Origin: Chiloscyllium plagiosum
Lineage: Eukaryota
NCBI RefSeq assembly: GCF_004010195.1
Contig: NC_057757.1
Coordinates: 420,367 to 484,366 of the forward strand
Direction: 5' to 3'
DNA: 64,000 nt
The translations under genes were made by a program, and so were the position numbers. Below are positions 11,211 through 23,575 of the stretch, piece after piece. Under the pieces are notes generated by a model, which saw only the letters and a list, made by a program, of their open reading frames with translations, was not told where the DNA came from and did no database searches. The number at the start of each line of letters is the position of its first letter. The stretch's first letter is position 1.

Positions 11211-14200
11211 ACAGTGCCTGACATTCATTAATGTTCTTTACAACTATTAGACAGAGAGGAGGTATAAGGTTCTGCCAGAAGCTGCAGCAGGTTCATCATC
11301 AGTATGTTGACATTGCTGCTATTATTTGAAACTTTACCTGCAGCTTGATTCTGCTAAATATGTGGGCACTTTCTTTAAAAAATCATTCAGTCGAAGGAAG
11401 CAAGTCCAACATTCATTGTCCATCCTCAGTTGCCATAATTGGCAGTGCCATTTCAATGCAAAGTCCCGATAGTGTCTTCTATCTTTGCTGAAAATTTAGT
11501 GATTAGAGTCATTATATATTTCTCACATGAACAATGCAGGTTTAATATCTGCCAGTTTAAATCAGAAAAATAAAGACAATTGAATTGGAAGCTGAATTTA
11601 CAACAAATCAACAGCTTGAACTGCAGAAATCTCTTTGCTGAAATACTTCCTGTTCTGCAAGTCTGAGTGTGCTGAGTGTGATTGGAGAGAAATAACTGGT
11701 GCCAGTGCACAGCAAGGCCTCCCTGAAAGAGCCTAATTGTTCTGTATTTTTATTGGTGTTTTAAATAGTTCTTTGCATTGCCCTGTGAACTGTAACCCAC
11801 CAGCCAAAAGCAAAAAATGGTGACTCCAGGCTTCATGGGCCAGAAGCAGCCTCGCAGCCCTCTGCCCCTGAGAGATGCTGGTCATGTTCCAATCAGCAAT
11901 GTTGTGTATTTGCTGGAACTTGCTAACAGTATTCATTCAAAATCCCTGATTGAAAAGGATTGGATCACCATTGCTGAAAGAAACTTAAATCGAGCACATC
12001 CTGCTCATGTAACTCTCACAAAGACTAAAACCAAACCCACCCCCAGATTCCCAATTGCTGCATTAACTTTAAGCCATACAGTTATAAACCAGGCAGAATG
12101 TGTTTATTATTAGGGTGCCTATGATTGTGATTTAGAGAGAGGAGTTTGGCCAGTACGTAAATTCATATGAACCTTTGTACAGAGATGTTGACAGGAATGA
12201 AGCAGGCAACAATTGCCCATCCTGTCCCCTGTTCATCAGAATAAGCTGCAGGTCATTGCCTGTTTGCCCAGGGAACCACTGGCCATATTCATCCCAGAAT
12301 TCAGATTTCCAACTGTGCGCACATAAATGCAAAAGAGTCTTATCATAAGATAATCAGGCAAAGAAACGCAGGACTAATCTGTCATTCTGGGAGCTGTTTG
12401 TAGTTTTAAAAGAATAAACAATTTATTATCCAATGCATTTTTGAGTCTGCTTTAACATGCTGTAAGTTCTATTGCCTCAATTTATCTTTTTATGGTTCTC
12501 TGATCAAAGAAGTTGCTTTCAGATTAGGGTTAAGCCTCTCCAAACACCATTCTCCATACATACCTCCCTGGCTGTGACATATTGCAACCCCTCAACCTGG
12601 CACCTCAATGGTAGACTCTGCTCAGGTTGTGCACTTAAGACTATGTCTATCACTGGACCACTTCATAAGGACAAGGGGGAGACCATTCAGTCCATCAAGT
12701 TTGTTTTGTCATTCAATGAGATCATGGTTGATTTGTCTCCTAATCTGTCTCTCAAGTCTAGCAAAAATCAAAATCACACAACACCAGCTTTTAACTTTGT
12801 ACACCCTAGTCCAACATCGGCACCTCCAAATTGTAGCAAAAATCAGTCCATCTCAAATTAAAATTATTAATTGAGCAAGCACCTACTGATCATGAGGGAA
12901 ATAGCTCTACACTTCTACCAACTTTTGAACAAAGTTTCAATGTGTTTCCTAACATGTCTCCAGAATTGTCAGTCTCTGATTTTTAGATACTCCCACCTAT
13001 CCTCTCTCACCAACAGAAACAATTCCCTCTTTCTAACCGATCTTGAATTTTTCCAAGATATTAAATTGCCTTGCAACCTTCTGCATTCCAGGGAATAAAA
13101 GAGTTTGTGTAATCTTTCTTCATAATTTAATCACTGGACAAAGGAGGGGATTTTCTTGTCTGAGAGGAAAGATTAAGGAGTTATGAAACTTTAAAGAGCT
13201 AAAATAGGCATAGTGGGCCAAATGGCCTTCTGTATGCTGTATGATTCTGTGTCACGGAATGATAGGTTGCATTCATAGCAGAAACATAGAATTTGTATAG
13301 CAGTCACTGGTGTCAAGCATCAAACTGGTGTTCAGAGTTCCCTGGTGGCAATGGGCCTCTCTCTTCCTTGCTGTATAGTGAGGCCATTTCCAAGTTTAGA
13401 ACTACATTTTCCCATCACTGTGAAATCACTTGTCCTACTTGCTGTTGTCACAGTGTGGCCTCAACACATTCACTGAACAATAGAACTACACCACTGTTCA
13501 TCGTTCATAATATCGATTCAGTACTTTCTATAGTGTGCATGTGTAGGAAAGAGTGCAATTGGGCAAATTAAGAATTGCAGAAGCCTCATGACTGCACACG
13601 TTCAGTGATAATGTACCTTCTATTTCTTTGTAGTAAATATTATTCTGGATGCTTTTGATTTTTATTCAAATAAAGTTGCTTTCTCTGCAAGTCATGTTCA
13701 AAATGCATTCCACTCGGCAACACAACTTTTGTTTTAAAAATTAATTTTTCTAGCCCTGGCTGCCACACTGTTTGAATTCATGATGTGGCAAATAATCATG
13801 GCAAAATTTCAATATTCCTTTGATTTTTATTCTTTCTGACCATAGTCTGGTGCTGTTGTAAAATGGTATTCAGAATTTAATGTGTTTGGATCATTTCATA
13901 GTTTATACTTTTAGAGACATTCCTTTCATGGTGTCAATTGGTACACTTCCCAACAATTTGCCTGTAAGCTTGTCTACTGTCACTTGTTGCGGATACTGGA
14001 TGTTCTTTCTACACAGTGACACCAAGGAGAAGAATCCGGATCAGAAGAAGCAACTGTGGCAGTCTGCACACTTATGGCAAAACTCAAAGCAACAGATACC
14101 AAAACTTCACAGTTCTTCAATTGCTGAGACATATATCTTTAAGAAATTGAAAGACTGTATCCACTGATATCCATAATTAGAGGAGTACAGATATAAGAAG

Positions 14201-14959
14201 ATTGGCAACAAATAGCCAGAGGTAATATGAGGAAAAGAAAATTAGTATTGTTATTTGGACTATGTGCCCTGTTCTCTACACACTGCAGCTGTTTCAATTC
14301 AACAAGTGACAGCCACTTGCTGGTTCATTTTTCAGTGCAGAACATTAACCAATTGCAATCAAACCTTCTGGTTTAAAACTTAAACAAAACCTGGCTGTTA
14401 ACTGTCAGTCATCGTTAATTGGTGCATTCTCCATGTCAACACATCTAACAACCACATTTTCACTTTCCATCAAACCAGTGGTACACCCCTCATGTCGTAT
14501 AAATGATTTTCCCCCTGGAAATGGTATTCTTGCAAATTGATATGAGAAAGATCAAAAGCTTTGACAAAATATTTTTTTTTTCAACAATACTCGTTGGGGG
14601 GGGGGGGGTCGGAAGTGGGAGGTGGGGTGGAATTAGGTGGCAAGCTTGGAACCAAAAACATTGAATCAATTTTGGGACTGTGGGGAAGCAATTACGTGAT
14701 TCAGTCAGGTCAGTGTGTGTAAATACTGTAATAGTCCCACATCTTACTACATATGAGCAGCCCTTTTGTAACACGAGAAGCCAGATCCACCCATGGAATG
14801 GTGCTGTCTGCATTCTAAACAATGTCCACCAGCATTTATGTAGCAACTTCAGTATAACAAAATGTGCCACGATGCTGTTGTAGTTGGAGACAGCTCTTTC
14901 AATTTGAGGGTGGTGTCTCCTCAGGTTCTGCTCTAGGTTGTATGAGTGAACATACCAAT

Positions 14960-16862
14960 TGTCAACCCACAGATCTTTGAGCATATGAAGAAGGACATTC
15001 AAACAGCATGATTCAGAATACATACAGATACATACAGATGGGGAAGGACACCGCTTTGACTGGGACAACACATCCATCCTAGGACAAGCCAAATAGAACA
15101 TAGAACATAGAAGAATACAGTGCAGTACAGGCCCTTCGGCCCTTGATGTTGCGCCGATCCAAGCCCACTGAACCTACACCAGCCCACTATCCTCCATATG
15201 CCTATCCAATGCCCGCTTAAATGCCCATAATGAGGGAGAGTCCACCACTGCTACTGGCAGGGCATTCCACGAACTCACGACTCGCTGAGTAAAGAACCTA
15301 CCCCTAACATCTGTCCTATACCTACCCCCCCAACTAACTGTCCAACTAAGTTTTCAAACAGGCAACATAAAGAACATAGGCTGAATTTTACCAGCCCAGT
15401 GAGTTGGTTTGGGAGGCAGGAGGCCTCATAAAATGGTACAGAATATATTAAGAGGGGAGAATATTGTCTTTCTGCTATCATGATTCATTAGCAAGTGGTA
15501 GTGTGGCCATGCTTACCACAAGGCCAATAAATTCAATGAAGTGAAAAATTAAGGGCCACTCCTACCCCATCAGCATTTTACTAGAATCAGGAGGTGTGCT
15601 GTTGTGCAGATAGAACAGAGAAGGTCTTTTCCCTGGGGTGGGCGAATCCAGAACTAGACAGCAAAAGTTGAGGCTTAGAGGAGAAAGATTTATTAGGGAC
15701 CTAAGGGGCAACCTTGTCACTCAGAGGATGGTGCATGTATGGAATGAGCTGTCAGAGTAAGTTTTGGAGGCTGGTACAATTACAACATTTAAAAGGCATC
15801 TGGATGGGTATATGAATAGGAAGAGTTTAGAGTAATATGGTCCAAGTGCTGGCAAATGGGACTAGATTAGTTTAGGATATCTGATTGGCATGGACGTGTT
15901 GGACCGAAGGGTCTGTTTCTGTGCTGTACATCTCTATGATACTAAGTGGAGCAGATGTCCTACCAGAAATGTACTCCAAGACATGTATTTTGAATTTTTG
16001 ATCGCAAAGAGTGAGTGACAGTCAAATACAACTTAAAGTAATTACATATTGTATAAGATAAATTATCTTCCAAACAAACTTGCAATGTTGATGGAATAAG
16101 TGAGTTACAACCATAAATTGTCCTCTCTCAAGTCACTAAATTTTTTTTAGATCCCCTACAGTGTTAAAACAGGCCCTTCGGCCCAACAAGTCCACACCAA
16201 CCCTCCAAAGAGTAACCCACCCAGACCCATTTCCCTCTGACTAATGCACCTCACACTATGGGCAATGTTATCCCTACTCCCCTTCTTGAACAAGGGAACC
16301 ACATTTGCTAGCCTCCAATCTTCTGGCACTACTCCTGTAGACAACGAGGACATAAAAATCAAGGCCAATGGCTCTGCAATCTCCTCCCTTGCTTCCCAGA
16401 GAATCCTAGGATAAATGCCATCAGGCCCAGGGGACTTATCTATTTTCACCCTTTCCAGAATTTCCAACACCTCTTCTCTACATACCTCAAAGCCATCCAT
16501 TCTACTTAATTGTGACTCAGTATTCACATTGACAATAATGTCCTGTTCCACACACATGAGAATTCCTAAAAGCATCGCATTCCAACCGGAACTCTATCAA
16601 CAAAGACATTGATTTAGACCCTATTTACCACCCTCCTGAGAAAAAGAACAAGAAATGACATCCCCACAGGAAATGATGTCACCAACCAAAGGAAGCCTAA
16701 ACACAAATTGAAAGTGTATCACTAACACCAGCGCTTCACCAGAGTCTCACTGGTGATGTTACCTAGTATGGTGACATAACATTTGAAAGCGAACATTTTA
16801 CCTCAGCAAAAAAACTTACATCCAAAACCTCAACCTGAGCTACAAATCTTCTCAAAACGCAC
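14960..16862 (+). mobile_element. Penelope 3'/pLTR fragments (14960-15092, 16551-16862) separated by CR1/SINE fragments
   Basis: tttgactgggacaacacatccatcctaggacaagccaaa continues as gagaattcctaaaagc...gagctacaaatcttctc, homologous to 5690-6005. Confidence 0.7.
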
Positions 16863-17442
16863 TGTCTCCCAATTTCTCACCATCTAGACAACTCAGAGAT
16901 TTGTCTCCACCTGTCTTCTCTAAATGGGCTATGGGATACTTTTAAAATTCATTCATGGAATAGGGCATCACTGACCAAGCCAGCATTTATTGCCCAGTGG
17001 GCAGTTAAGAGTCAACCACATTGCTGTGAGTCTGGAGCCACATGTAGGCTAGATCAGGGAAGGATAGCATTTTCCTTCCCTAAAGGACATTAATGAACCA
17101 GATGTATTTTTCCTGTCAATTGAAAAGAGATTCATGGATGTCATAAGACTCTCTATTCCATACTTTTATTGAATTCAAATTCCACCATCTGGCATGGCAG
17201 GATTCAAACCTGGGTTCCCAGAACATTACTTGGGTCTCTGGATTAACACCTCCCTCCAGAATCATAGAACATTTAACAATACGGTGCAGAACAGGCACTT
17301 CGACCCTCGATGTTGCGCTGATCTGTGAACTATTCTCAGCTCGTCCCCTTACACTGTCCCAAAATCATCCATGTGCTTATCTAAGGATTAGTTAAAACTC
17401 GCTAATGTGACTGAGTTGACTACATTAACAGGCAGGGCATTC

Positions 17443-18186
17443 AAAGTTTGTGAGAAGATTTGTAGCTCGGGTGCTCATTGTTTTGGTTCTGTTCGCCGAG
17501 CTGGGAATTTGTGTTGCAGACGTTTCGTCCCCTGTCTAGGTGACATCCTCAGTGCTTGGGAGCCTCCCGTGAAGCGCTTCTGTGATGTTTCCTCCGGCAT
17601 TTGTAGTGGTTTGTCCCTCCGCTTCCGGTTGTCAGTTCCAGCTGTCCGTTGCAGTGGTCGGTATATTGGGTCCAGGTCGATGTGCTTATTGATTGAATCT
17701 GTGGATGAGTGCCATGCCTCCAGGAATTCCCTGGCTGTTCTCTGTTTGACTTGTCCTATAATAGTAGTGTTGTCCCAGTCAAATTCATGTTNNNNNNNNN
17801 NNNNNNNNNNNNNNNNNTGGTGAGTTGTTGTCTGAGAGTGGCTGTTGGTTTGTGTGCTGTTATGAGTCCTCGTGGTCACAGTAGTCTGGCTGTCAGTTCG
17901 GAAAGGCTCTTGATGTATGGTAGTGTGGCTAGTCCTTTGGGTTGCGGCATGTCTTTCCCTTAGGCATCTGTTGATGAAATTGCGCGGGTATCCGTTTTTG
18001 GCGAATACATTGTATAGGTGCTCTTCCTCTTTTTGCAGTTCTGGTCTACTGCAGGGTGTTGTGGCCCTTTTGAATAGTGTCTTGATGCAACTTCTTTTGT
18101 GTGTGTTGGGGTGGTTGCTTTCTTAGTTCAGGACTTGGTCTGTGTGTGTGGCTTTCCTGTATACACTTGTGGTGAATTCTCCGTTC
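17443..18186 (-). mobile_element. Penelope-like element fragment with pLTR
   Basis: HEFDWDNTTIIGQVKQRTAREFLEAWHS, the GIY-YIG C-terminus; pLTR homologous to 20280-20430. Confidence 0.85.
17516..17555 (-). ncRNA. Minimal hammerhead ribozyme motif in Penelope pLTR
   Basis: gca-CUGAGGA-u-GUCACCU(agac)AGGGGAC-GAAA-CG-UC-ugc on minus strand. Confidence 0.6.
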
Positions 18187-19692
18187 GGCGTTCCACGCTC
18201 TTACCATTCTCTGCGTAAAGAACCTGTCTCTGACATCTGTCTTAAAGCTATCACCCCTCAATTTGTAGTTATGCCACCTCGTACAAGCTGACGTCATCAT
18301 CCGAGGAAAAAGACTTTCACTGTCTATTCTATCTAATCCTCTGATCATCTTGTATGTCTCTATCAAATCTCCTCTTAGACTTGTTCTTTCCAATGAGAAC
18401 AGACCCAAGTCTCTCAGCCTTTCCTCAGAAGAGCTTCCCTCCAGACTAGGCAACATCCTGGTAAATCTCCTCTGCACCTTTTCCAATGCTTCCACATCAT
18501 TCCTGTAATGGGGCGACCAGAACTGTACACAATATTCCAAGTGTGGCCGCACTAGCATTTTGTATTGTTGTAGCATGGAACTCAATCCCTCTACCTATGA
18601 TACCTAACACAACGTATGCCTTCCTAACAGCACTATCCACCTGGGTGGCAGCTTTCAAGGATCTATGTACATGGACTCCAAGATCCCTCTGCACATCCAC
18701 ACTACCAAGAATCGATCCATTGACCCAGTACTCTGCCTTCCTGTTATTCTTCCCAAAGTGCATCACCTCACATTTAGCNNNNNNNNNNNNNNNNNNNNNN
18801 NNNNNNNNNNNNNNNNNNNNNNNNNNNNNNNNNNNNNNNNNNNNNNNNNNNNNNNNNNNNNNNNNNNNNNNNNNNNNNNNNNNNNNNNNNNNNNNNNNNN
18901 NNNNNNNNNNNNNNNNNNNNNNNNNNNNNNNNNNNNNNNNNNNNNNNNNNNNNNNNNNNNNNNNNNNNNNNNNNNNNNNNNNNNNNNNNNNNNNNNNNNN
19001 NNNNNNNNNNNNNNNNNNNNNNNNNNNNNNNNNNNNNNNNNNNNNNNNNNNNNNNNNNNNNNNNNNNNNNNNNNNNNNNNNNNNNNNNNNNNNNNNNNNN
19101 NNNNNNNNNNNNNNNNNNNNNNNNNNNNNNNNNNNNNNNNNNNNNNNNNNNNNNNNNNNNNNNNNNNNNNNNNNNNNNNNNNNNNNNNNNNNNNNNNNNN
19201 NNNNNNNNNNNNNNNNNNNNNNNNNNNNNNNNNNNNNNNNNNNNNNNNNNNNNNNNNNNNNNNNNNNNNNNNNNNNNNNNNNNNNNNNNNNNNNNNNNNN
19301 NNNNNNNNNNNNNNNNNNNNNNNNNNNNNNNNNNNNNNNNNNNNNNNNNNNNNNNNNNNNNNNNNNNNNNNNNNNNNNNNNNNNNNNNNNNNNNNNNNNN
19401 NNNNNNNNNNNNNNNNNNNNNNNCCACTTCTGTCTTTGACTGGCCCTATTCCTACCCTAATCATCCTTTTATTCCTCACATGCCTATAGAAAGCTTTAGG
19501 GTTCTCCTTTATTCTATTTGCTAAAGACTGCTCATGTGCTCTCTTTGCTCTTCTTAACTCTCTCTTTAAATCCTTCCTAGCTAATCTGTAACTCTCCATC
19601 ACCTCATCTGAACCATCTTGCCTCATCAACACATACGCCTCCTTCTTCTTTGTAACAAGAGATGCAATTTCTGTTGTAAACCACAGTTCCTT

Positions 19693-20432
19693 CGTCCTGT
19701 GAGTTGTTGTCTGAGAGTGGCTGTTGGTTTGTGTGCTGTTATGAGTCCTAGTGGTCGCAGTAGTCTGGCTGTCAGTTCAGAAATGTTTTTGATGTATGGT
19801 AGTGTGGCTAGTGCTTTAGGTTGTGGCATGTCCTCATTCCGTTGTCTTAATGAAATTGCAGGGGTATCCGTTTTTGGTGAATACATTGTATAGGTGTTCT
19901 TCTTCCTCTTTTTGCAGTTCTGGTGTACTAAAGACAACGGAATGATACCCAGCATGAGCAAAACCAATGTTGTGTACAAAATCCCATGCAAGGACTGCAC
20001 AAAACACTACATAGGACAAACAGGAAGACAGCTAATAGTCCGCATCCATGAACACCAACTAGTCAACAAAACGACATGACCAGCTATCCTTAGTAGCCAC
20101 ACACTCAGATGACAAGCAACACGAGTTCGACTGGGACAACAGTACTATTATAGGACAAGCCAAACAGAGAACAGCCAGGGAATTCCTAGAGGCATGGCAC
20201 TCATCCACAGATTCAATCAATAAGCACATCGACCTGGACCCAATATACTGGCCACTGCAACGGACAGCTGGAACTGACAACCGGAAGCGGCAGATACAAA
20301 TCACTATAAATGCTGGAGGAAATGTCACAGAAGTGCTTCGCAGGAGGCTCCCAAGCACTGAGGATGTCACCTAGACAGGGGACGAAACGTCTGCAACACA
20401 AATCCTCAGCTCGTCGAACAGAACCACAGCAA
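19693..20432 (+). mobile_element. Penelope-like element with internal inversion (about 19693-19925 minus, 19926-20432 plus)
   Basis: NVVYKIPCKDCTKHYIGQTGRQLIVRIHEH on +; ATLPYIKNISELTARLLRPLG on -. Confidence 0.85.
20355..20394 (+). ncRNA. Minimal hammerhead ribozyme motif in Penelope pLTR
   Basis: gca-CTGAGGA-t-GTCACCT(agac)AGGGGAC-GAAA-CG-TC-tgc. Confidence 0.6.
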
Positions 20433-22111
20433 CCATTCAGCCCATTGAGTCTGCTGTACTATTCAATGAGATCATGGCTGATCTGGTATCTTCAACTCCA
20501 CTTTCTTGGCTTTTCCCCCATAAACCCTGAATTTCTTACTGATTAAAAATCTATCTCAGTCTTGAATTTACTTAATGTCTCGACTTCAACAGCCCTCTAT
20601 GGGAAAGAATTTACAATCCTCTGACAGAAGAAATTCCTCCTCATTTGTGTCTTAATTGTGTGTCCCCTTTTCCTGAGATTATGCCCTTTGGTCCTAGTCT
20701 CACCCACAAGATGAAACAACCCTTCTGTATTTATTGTGTCGAATGCCTTAAGAATCTTCCATGTTTCAATAAAGTCACCTCTCACTCTCCTAGTACAGGT
20801 CACACCGACTCAATCTCTTCTCATAAGATAGTCTCTCCATACCTGGTAGCTGTCTGGGGAACCTTCAGTTGTCTGCCGCCAATGCCAGTATACCTTTCCA
20901 AGATAAAGGGCCAAAGATTTTTTTTAAATGTATTCATGTGATGTGATATCAATGGCTAGGCTGGTGTTTATTGTCTATCCCTCGTTATCCAGAGGGTAAT
21001 TAAGAGTCAACCACATTGCTGTGAGTCTGGAGTCACTTGTAGGCCAGACCAGATAAGATCAGCAGTTTCCTTCCTTAAAGAAATTAGTAAACCAGATGGA
21101 TTGTTACTAACAATTGTTTAATGGTCATTATTAGCATCTTAATTCCAGTTTTTTTAAAAATGTAATCAAATTCAAATCTCAGCATAAACCATGGTGAGAT
21201 TCAAACCCAGGTCCCCAAAGCAAGACCTGCGTCTCTTGATGAATAATCTAGCAATAATACCACTGGGCCATCGCCTCCCCTGTTCAGTGTTCCACTTGTG
21301 GTCTAAGTAGATACCTACTTTTATACTTCATTTCCTTTGAAATAAAGATCAATGTTCCTCAACCAAGTCACCCCTCAGCTTACTCCATGCCATGATTTTG
21401 TTGAATAACAGGATAGGTTTGAGGGGCCAAACAGCCTACTTCTGCTCCTATTTCTTACATTGTTAAAAGATGGCCTTTCAACTCTGCAAAACTCACTCAG
21501 CATTGCACAGAGAGTGTCAGCTCAGATTGTAGGATTTGAGTATCTGGAGTAGTGCTGAAATCTGCAACCTTCCAACTCTGGCACGTAAATGCAAATTGGT
21601 AGCCATTTTTACTAAATTACAGCTGTGATCACATTGTGATTATTTGGCTGCAAATTTCTTTGGGAAGTTGCTATTGAAGTGAAAACCTTAATTATTTCAG
21701 AATCATTCTTTGTTTAGATAAGTTAACAATACTGTGAATGGGAATAGGTTTTAGTTCTTGGGATGTGACAGACTGGGTACTCCAGAATTAGTCAGCACAT
21801 TTAGGGGTGTATAGCAGAGATTGCTTACAAACCCTTTGAAGTTACTTGTAAGCTGTTTTATCACGTGTATGCTTGATAAAATGTGGAGCTGGAAAAAGCA
21901 CAACAGGCCAAGCAGCGTCAGAGGAGCAGGAGAGTCAACATTTTGGGATACCTTAAATAAAAAGAGGTTGTAATTGTAACTACCTCTGTCATTGGAAAGT
22001 GCGACTGCCCACTCTGATAAATTGTAGGTCCAATGAGTACCAGAGTAAGATGCAAATGCTCACAGGCCCTGTTTATTTCCAGGATCACTGATTGCCTGAT
22101 TCAACCATGGG

Positions 22112-22420
22112 GTAAAAACAATGACTGCAGATGCTGGAAACCAGAGTCTAGATTAGAATGGTGCTGGAAAAGCACAGCAGTTCAGGCAGCATCCAAGGAG
22201 CAGTAAGGATGCCTGCCTTGAAGAAGTTCTCCTCTCTCTACAAGAATCTCAGGGAGTCCCTCTCCCACTGCAACTCCCAGGTCATTTCCTCTGCCCTGAA
22301 GCTCTTCAACCATGTCCTGAAACAAACTCGCATCTTCTGCCTCGGAACACTTCAATCCCAGGACATCAATGTGGACTTCAACAGTTTCCTCATTTCCCCT
22401 TACCCCACCTCACCCCATTG
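22112..22420 (+). mobile_element. Penelope-like (different family) pLTR plus ORF tail fragment
   Basis: ctgcagatgctgg...cagcagttcaggcagcatcc head shared with the 131-bp element; peptide IFCLGTLQSQDINVDFNSF resembles PLE GIY-YIG C-termini. Confidence 0.6.
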
Positions 22421-23444
22421 ATTGAACCATTTGCCCAAACATCTATCTATGTATACCACCTTAATTTCTTCTTTTGCTTAACTTGCATCATGACTTTAAA
22501 TGTTAAAATGTAGATCAAAGAGATCATATCTAGAGTGCAAATGAGGCACTGAAAGATATGGCATTGATTATGATCTGAGATTTTGAAACCACATTCAAAT
22601 CTCGTTCTGGCCTTAGTTTATTTCGGATATAGCTGACTCCTGATTATCTTGTATATGGCTAAAACTGTATAGTTCAGGGGAAGAGCTCAGGAAATAATTG
22701 GACTGGGGAACACATTATTGTTACATTTGCATCATAAGTTCCTATGTTAGCATGTATAATGGGATTTATTCTACTTAAACATATCATGTTGTAATTCCTT
22801 CCTTTGTCTATGGTAATGGCATAGCTTCCAAAATAAATATGGTTCCATCTCTGTAACATCTCCTCTTTCCAATCATACCTCAGCCGATGTGCTGCTAAAA
22901 CTCTCCAGACTCAAACATTCTAATCTTCTCCTGATTAATTCCCATATTCTATAGTCCAAACATTTACTCCCAAAACACTTTGACTCTGTATTCTACTTCT
23001 CACCAAGTCTTAACTCTTGGTGCTGGTTGAACTACATTGACTCCTGCAGTGATAATGCCTCAATTTTTAAAATTCTTATCCTTGAGTTCAAATTCCTAAA
23101 TGGCCCGGCCCTATCCCTCCCTATCTTTGAACTCATGACCTGCCAACTCACAGCTGAGAATGCACTGTGGAACATGTTAAACTGGGGTCCTGTTTGGATT
23201 ATAGGAGTAGACAGAGTAGATTTACCAGGATTTTGCCTGAGCTGGACAGGGGGAATAAACTTAAGGTAAGGGGCGGGCGGGGGGGTTGGGGGCGGTGCGA
23301 ATGTTTAGAGGAGATGTGAAGGAAAACATTTTCACTGAGGGAATCTGAAACTCACTGCCTGTAAGGATAGTAGAGGCAGAAACCCTTATAACATTGAAGA
23401 AGTATTTAGATGTACTCTTATAATGCCAAGGCAAACAACACTAT

Positions 23445-23575
23445 CATTCCTGAAGAAGGGCCTGTGCCCGAAACGTCGAATCTCCTGTTCCCTGGATGCT
23501 GCCTGACCTGCTGTGCTGTTCCAGCAATAAAGTTTCAACTTTGATCTCCAGCATCTGCAGACCTCACTTTCTCCT
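23445..23575 (+). mobile_element. 131-bp non-autonomous Penelope-derived mini-element carrying a hammerhead motif; other copies at 37798-37884, 38978-39105, 46181-46360, 59810-59927
   Basis: Perfect 13-bp TSD CAAACAACACTAT at 23432-23444 and 23576-23588; interrupts a CR1 3' fragment; closely similar copies elsewhere in the window. Confidence 0.85.
23446..23481 (+). ncRNA. Minimal type-I hammerhead ribozyme motif
   Basis: ATTC-CTGAAGA-a-GGGC(ctgt)GCCC-GAAA-CG-TC-GAAT: 4-bp stem I, conserved core, 4-bp stem II, GUC cleavage triplet. Confidence 0.7.

Larger units (their letters stand above)
17262..19690 (-). mobile_element. CR1 LINE (with N-gap), interrupted by a Penelope piece at about 17443-18186
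   Basis: Minus ORFs RPHLEYCVQFWSPHY and RQDGSDEVMESYRLARKDLKRE; 3' UTR at 17262-17442. Confidence 0.85.

Noticed and set aside
18486..19632. ORFs of 200-300 aa
   Set aside because: They span the N-gap at 18779-19423 and are artefacts
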